A program made the position numbers and the translations under genes. A stretch of 33,477 nt of DNA. Origin: a virus (taxonomy: Duplodnaviria > Heunggongvirae > Uroviricota > Caudoviricetes). The stretch covers positions 1 to 33,477 of the IMG/VR virus record IMGVR_UViG_3300029193_000102; one strand, 5' to 3'. Below are positions 32,175-33,477 of the stretch, in pieces (positions within the stretch are counted from its first letter, which is position 1; every line of letters begins with the position of its first letter). The notes beneath the pieces were generated by a model. The model was not told where the DNA came from and ran no database searches. It was given only the letters and a program-made list of their open reading frames with translations.

Positions 32175-33477
32175 TTTTGCCGATCTGACAGCTGTTCTTA
32201 CACTGGATTCAACCCGTTTTTCTGAAGAGGCTGCACGGGTAAAGAAAGAACTGGGTGAAACCAGTGACCTTGCGGATTTGATGGCCGGGCGTGTCAGCCA
32301 GTCTTTTAAGAAACAGGCCGCTGCTGTTGAGCAGGGGCTGAGCCGTCAGGCGCTGGCTGCACAAAAAGCCGGGATTTCCGTCGGGCAGTATAAAGCGGCC
32401 ATGCGAACCCTGCCCGCACAGTTTACGGATATCGCCACGCAGCTTGCCGGTGGTCAGAATCCGTGGCTGATCCTGCTGCAACAGGGCGGTCAGGTGAAGG
32501 ACTCCTTCGGCGGGATGATCCCCATGTTCAGGGGGCTTGCCGGTGCGATCACCCTGCCGATGGTCGGGGTCACCTCGCTGGCGGTGGCGACAGGTGCGCT
32601 GGTGTACGCCTGGTACCAGGGAGATTCCACGCTTTCAGCGTTTAATAAAACCCTGGTTCTTTCCGGTAATCAGTCCGGACTGACTGCCGATCGCATGCTG
32701 ACGCTCTCCAGAGCCGGACAGGCCGCAGGGCTGACGTTTAACCAGGCGAGTGAGTCACTGGCAGCCATGGTGAATGCCGGTGTGCGTGGTGGTGAACAGT
32801 TTGATGCCATCAACCAGAGTGTCGCGCGTTTTGCGTCTGCATCCGGTGTGGAGGTGGACAAGGTTGCAGAGGCTTTCGGAAAACTGACCACCGACCCGAC
32901 GTCGGGGCTGACTGCAATGGCGCGCCAGTTCCGTAACGTGACGGCAGAGCAGATTGCGTATGTCGCACAGCTGCAGCGTTCCGGAGACGAGGCCGGGGCC
33001 TTACAGGCGGCGAACGATATCGCCACGAAAGGCTTTGATGAGCAGACCCGTCGCCTGAAAGAAAACATGGGGACACTGGAGACCTGGGCGGATAAAACAG
33101 GGAAGGCATTCAAATCGATGTGGGATGCCATTCTGGATATCGGTCGTCCTGAGTCCTCAGCGGATATGCTCGCCAGTGCACAGAAGGCATTTGATGAGGC
33201 GGATAAAAAATGGCAGTGGTACCAGAGCCGGAGCCAGCGCCGGGGAAAAACCGCCTCTTTTCGTGCCAACCTTCAGGGCGCATGGGATGACCGGGAAAAT
33301 GCCCGTCTGGGTCTGGCAGCGGCAACGCTGCAGTCGGATATGGAAAAAGCCGGTGAACTGGCGGCAAGGGACAGGGCTGAGCGTGAGTCGTCACAGCTGA
33401 AGTATACCGAAGAGGCGCAGAAGGCTTACGAACGGCTGCAGACGCCGCTGGAGAAATATACCGCCCGTCAGGAAGAA
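32163..33477 (+). CDS. H: Tail tape-measure protein H, 3'-truncated by the window edge
   Basis: ATG 32163 with GGAGGTG upstream; long stretches identical to recalled lambda gpH (QALAAQKAGISVGQYKAAMR, GGQVKDSFGGMIPMFRGLAGAITLPMVG); no stop before the window end. Confidence 0.9.

Noticed and set aside
24360-33269. Long minus-strand ORFs inside structural genes (24360..24932, 28722..29285, 30640..31515, 31290..31940, 32670..33269 and others)
   Set aside because: Antisense to strongly supported terminase, capsid and tail genes; Arg/Pro/Ser-rich shadow translations typical of GC-rich coding DNA.
1-33477. CRISPR array or cas genes
   Set aside because: No regularly spaced direct repeats of CRISPR type; the only periodic repeats are the 15-bp iterons inside the initiator gene and the short arm-type repeats.

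Overview
The window looks like an Escherichia/Shigella-type chromosome edge (mtfA, then tRNA-Ser(CGA) serU) followed by the left ~32 kb of a mosaic lambdoid prophage integrated at the serU 3' end. All calls are from reading the sequence and recalled protein families; no database search was run. Gene order, left to right: integrase and excisionase (minus strand), an 813-aa exonuclease-like gene, a Qin-type dicB module (ydfD, dicB, the DicF sRNA, small ORFs), a repressor with a divergent Cro-like/YdaT-like pair, a replication initiator with in-gene iterons plus a DnaC-like loader, a run of eight small early genes, an AT-rich islet followed by a hok-family toxin, DUF968, rusA and a Q-like antiterminator with a downstream terminator. 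The late region carries a nanS-p-type sialate O-acetylesterase moron where Stx phages carry stx, then a lysis cassette (dual-start holin, SAR endolysin, Rz/Rz1) with extra small ORFs, a lambda-like cos site, terminase, portal, a protease-capsid fusion, and lambda-like tail genes Z, U, V, G/G-T and the tape-measure gene H, which runs off the window end. I found no CRISPR array, no stx genes and no clear multi-gene defence system. The best candidates for something undescribed are the exonuclease-like protein without a recombinase partner, the stx-equivalent locus (small winged-helix ORF plus converging terminators), the AT-rich islet, the unannotated early-gene block, the extra ORFs inside the lysis cassette, and a 20-nt exact repeat shared by two terminator-proximal sites.
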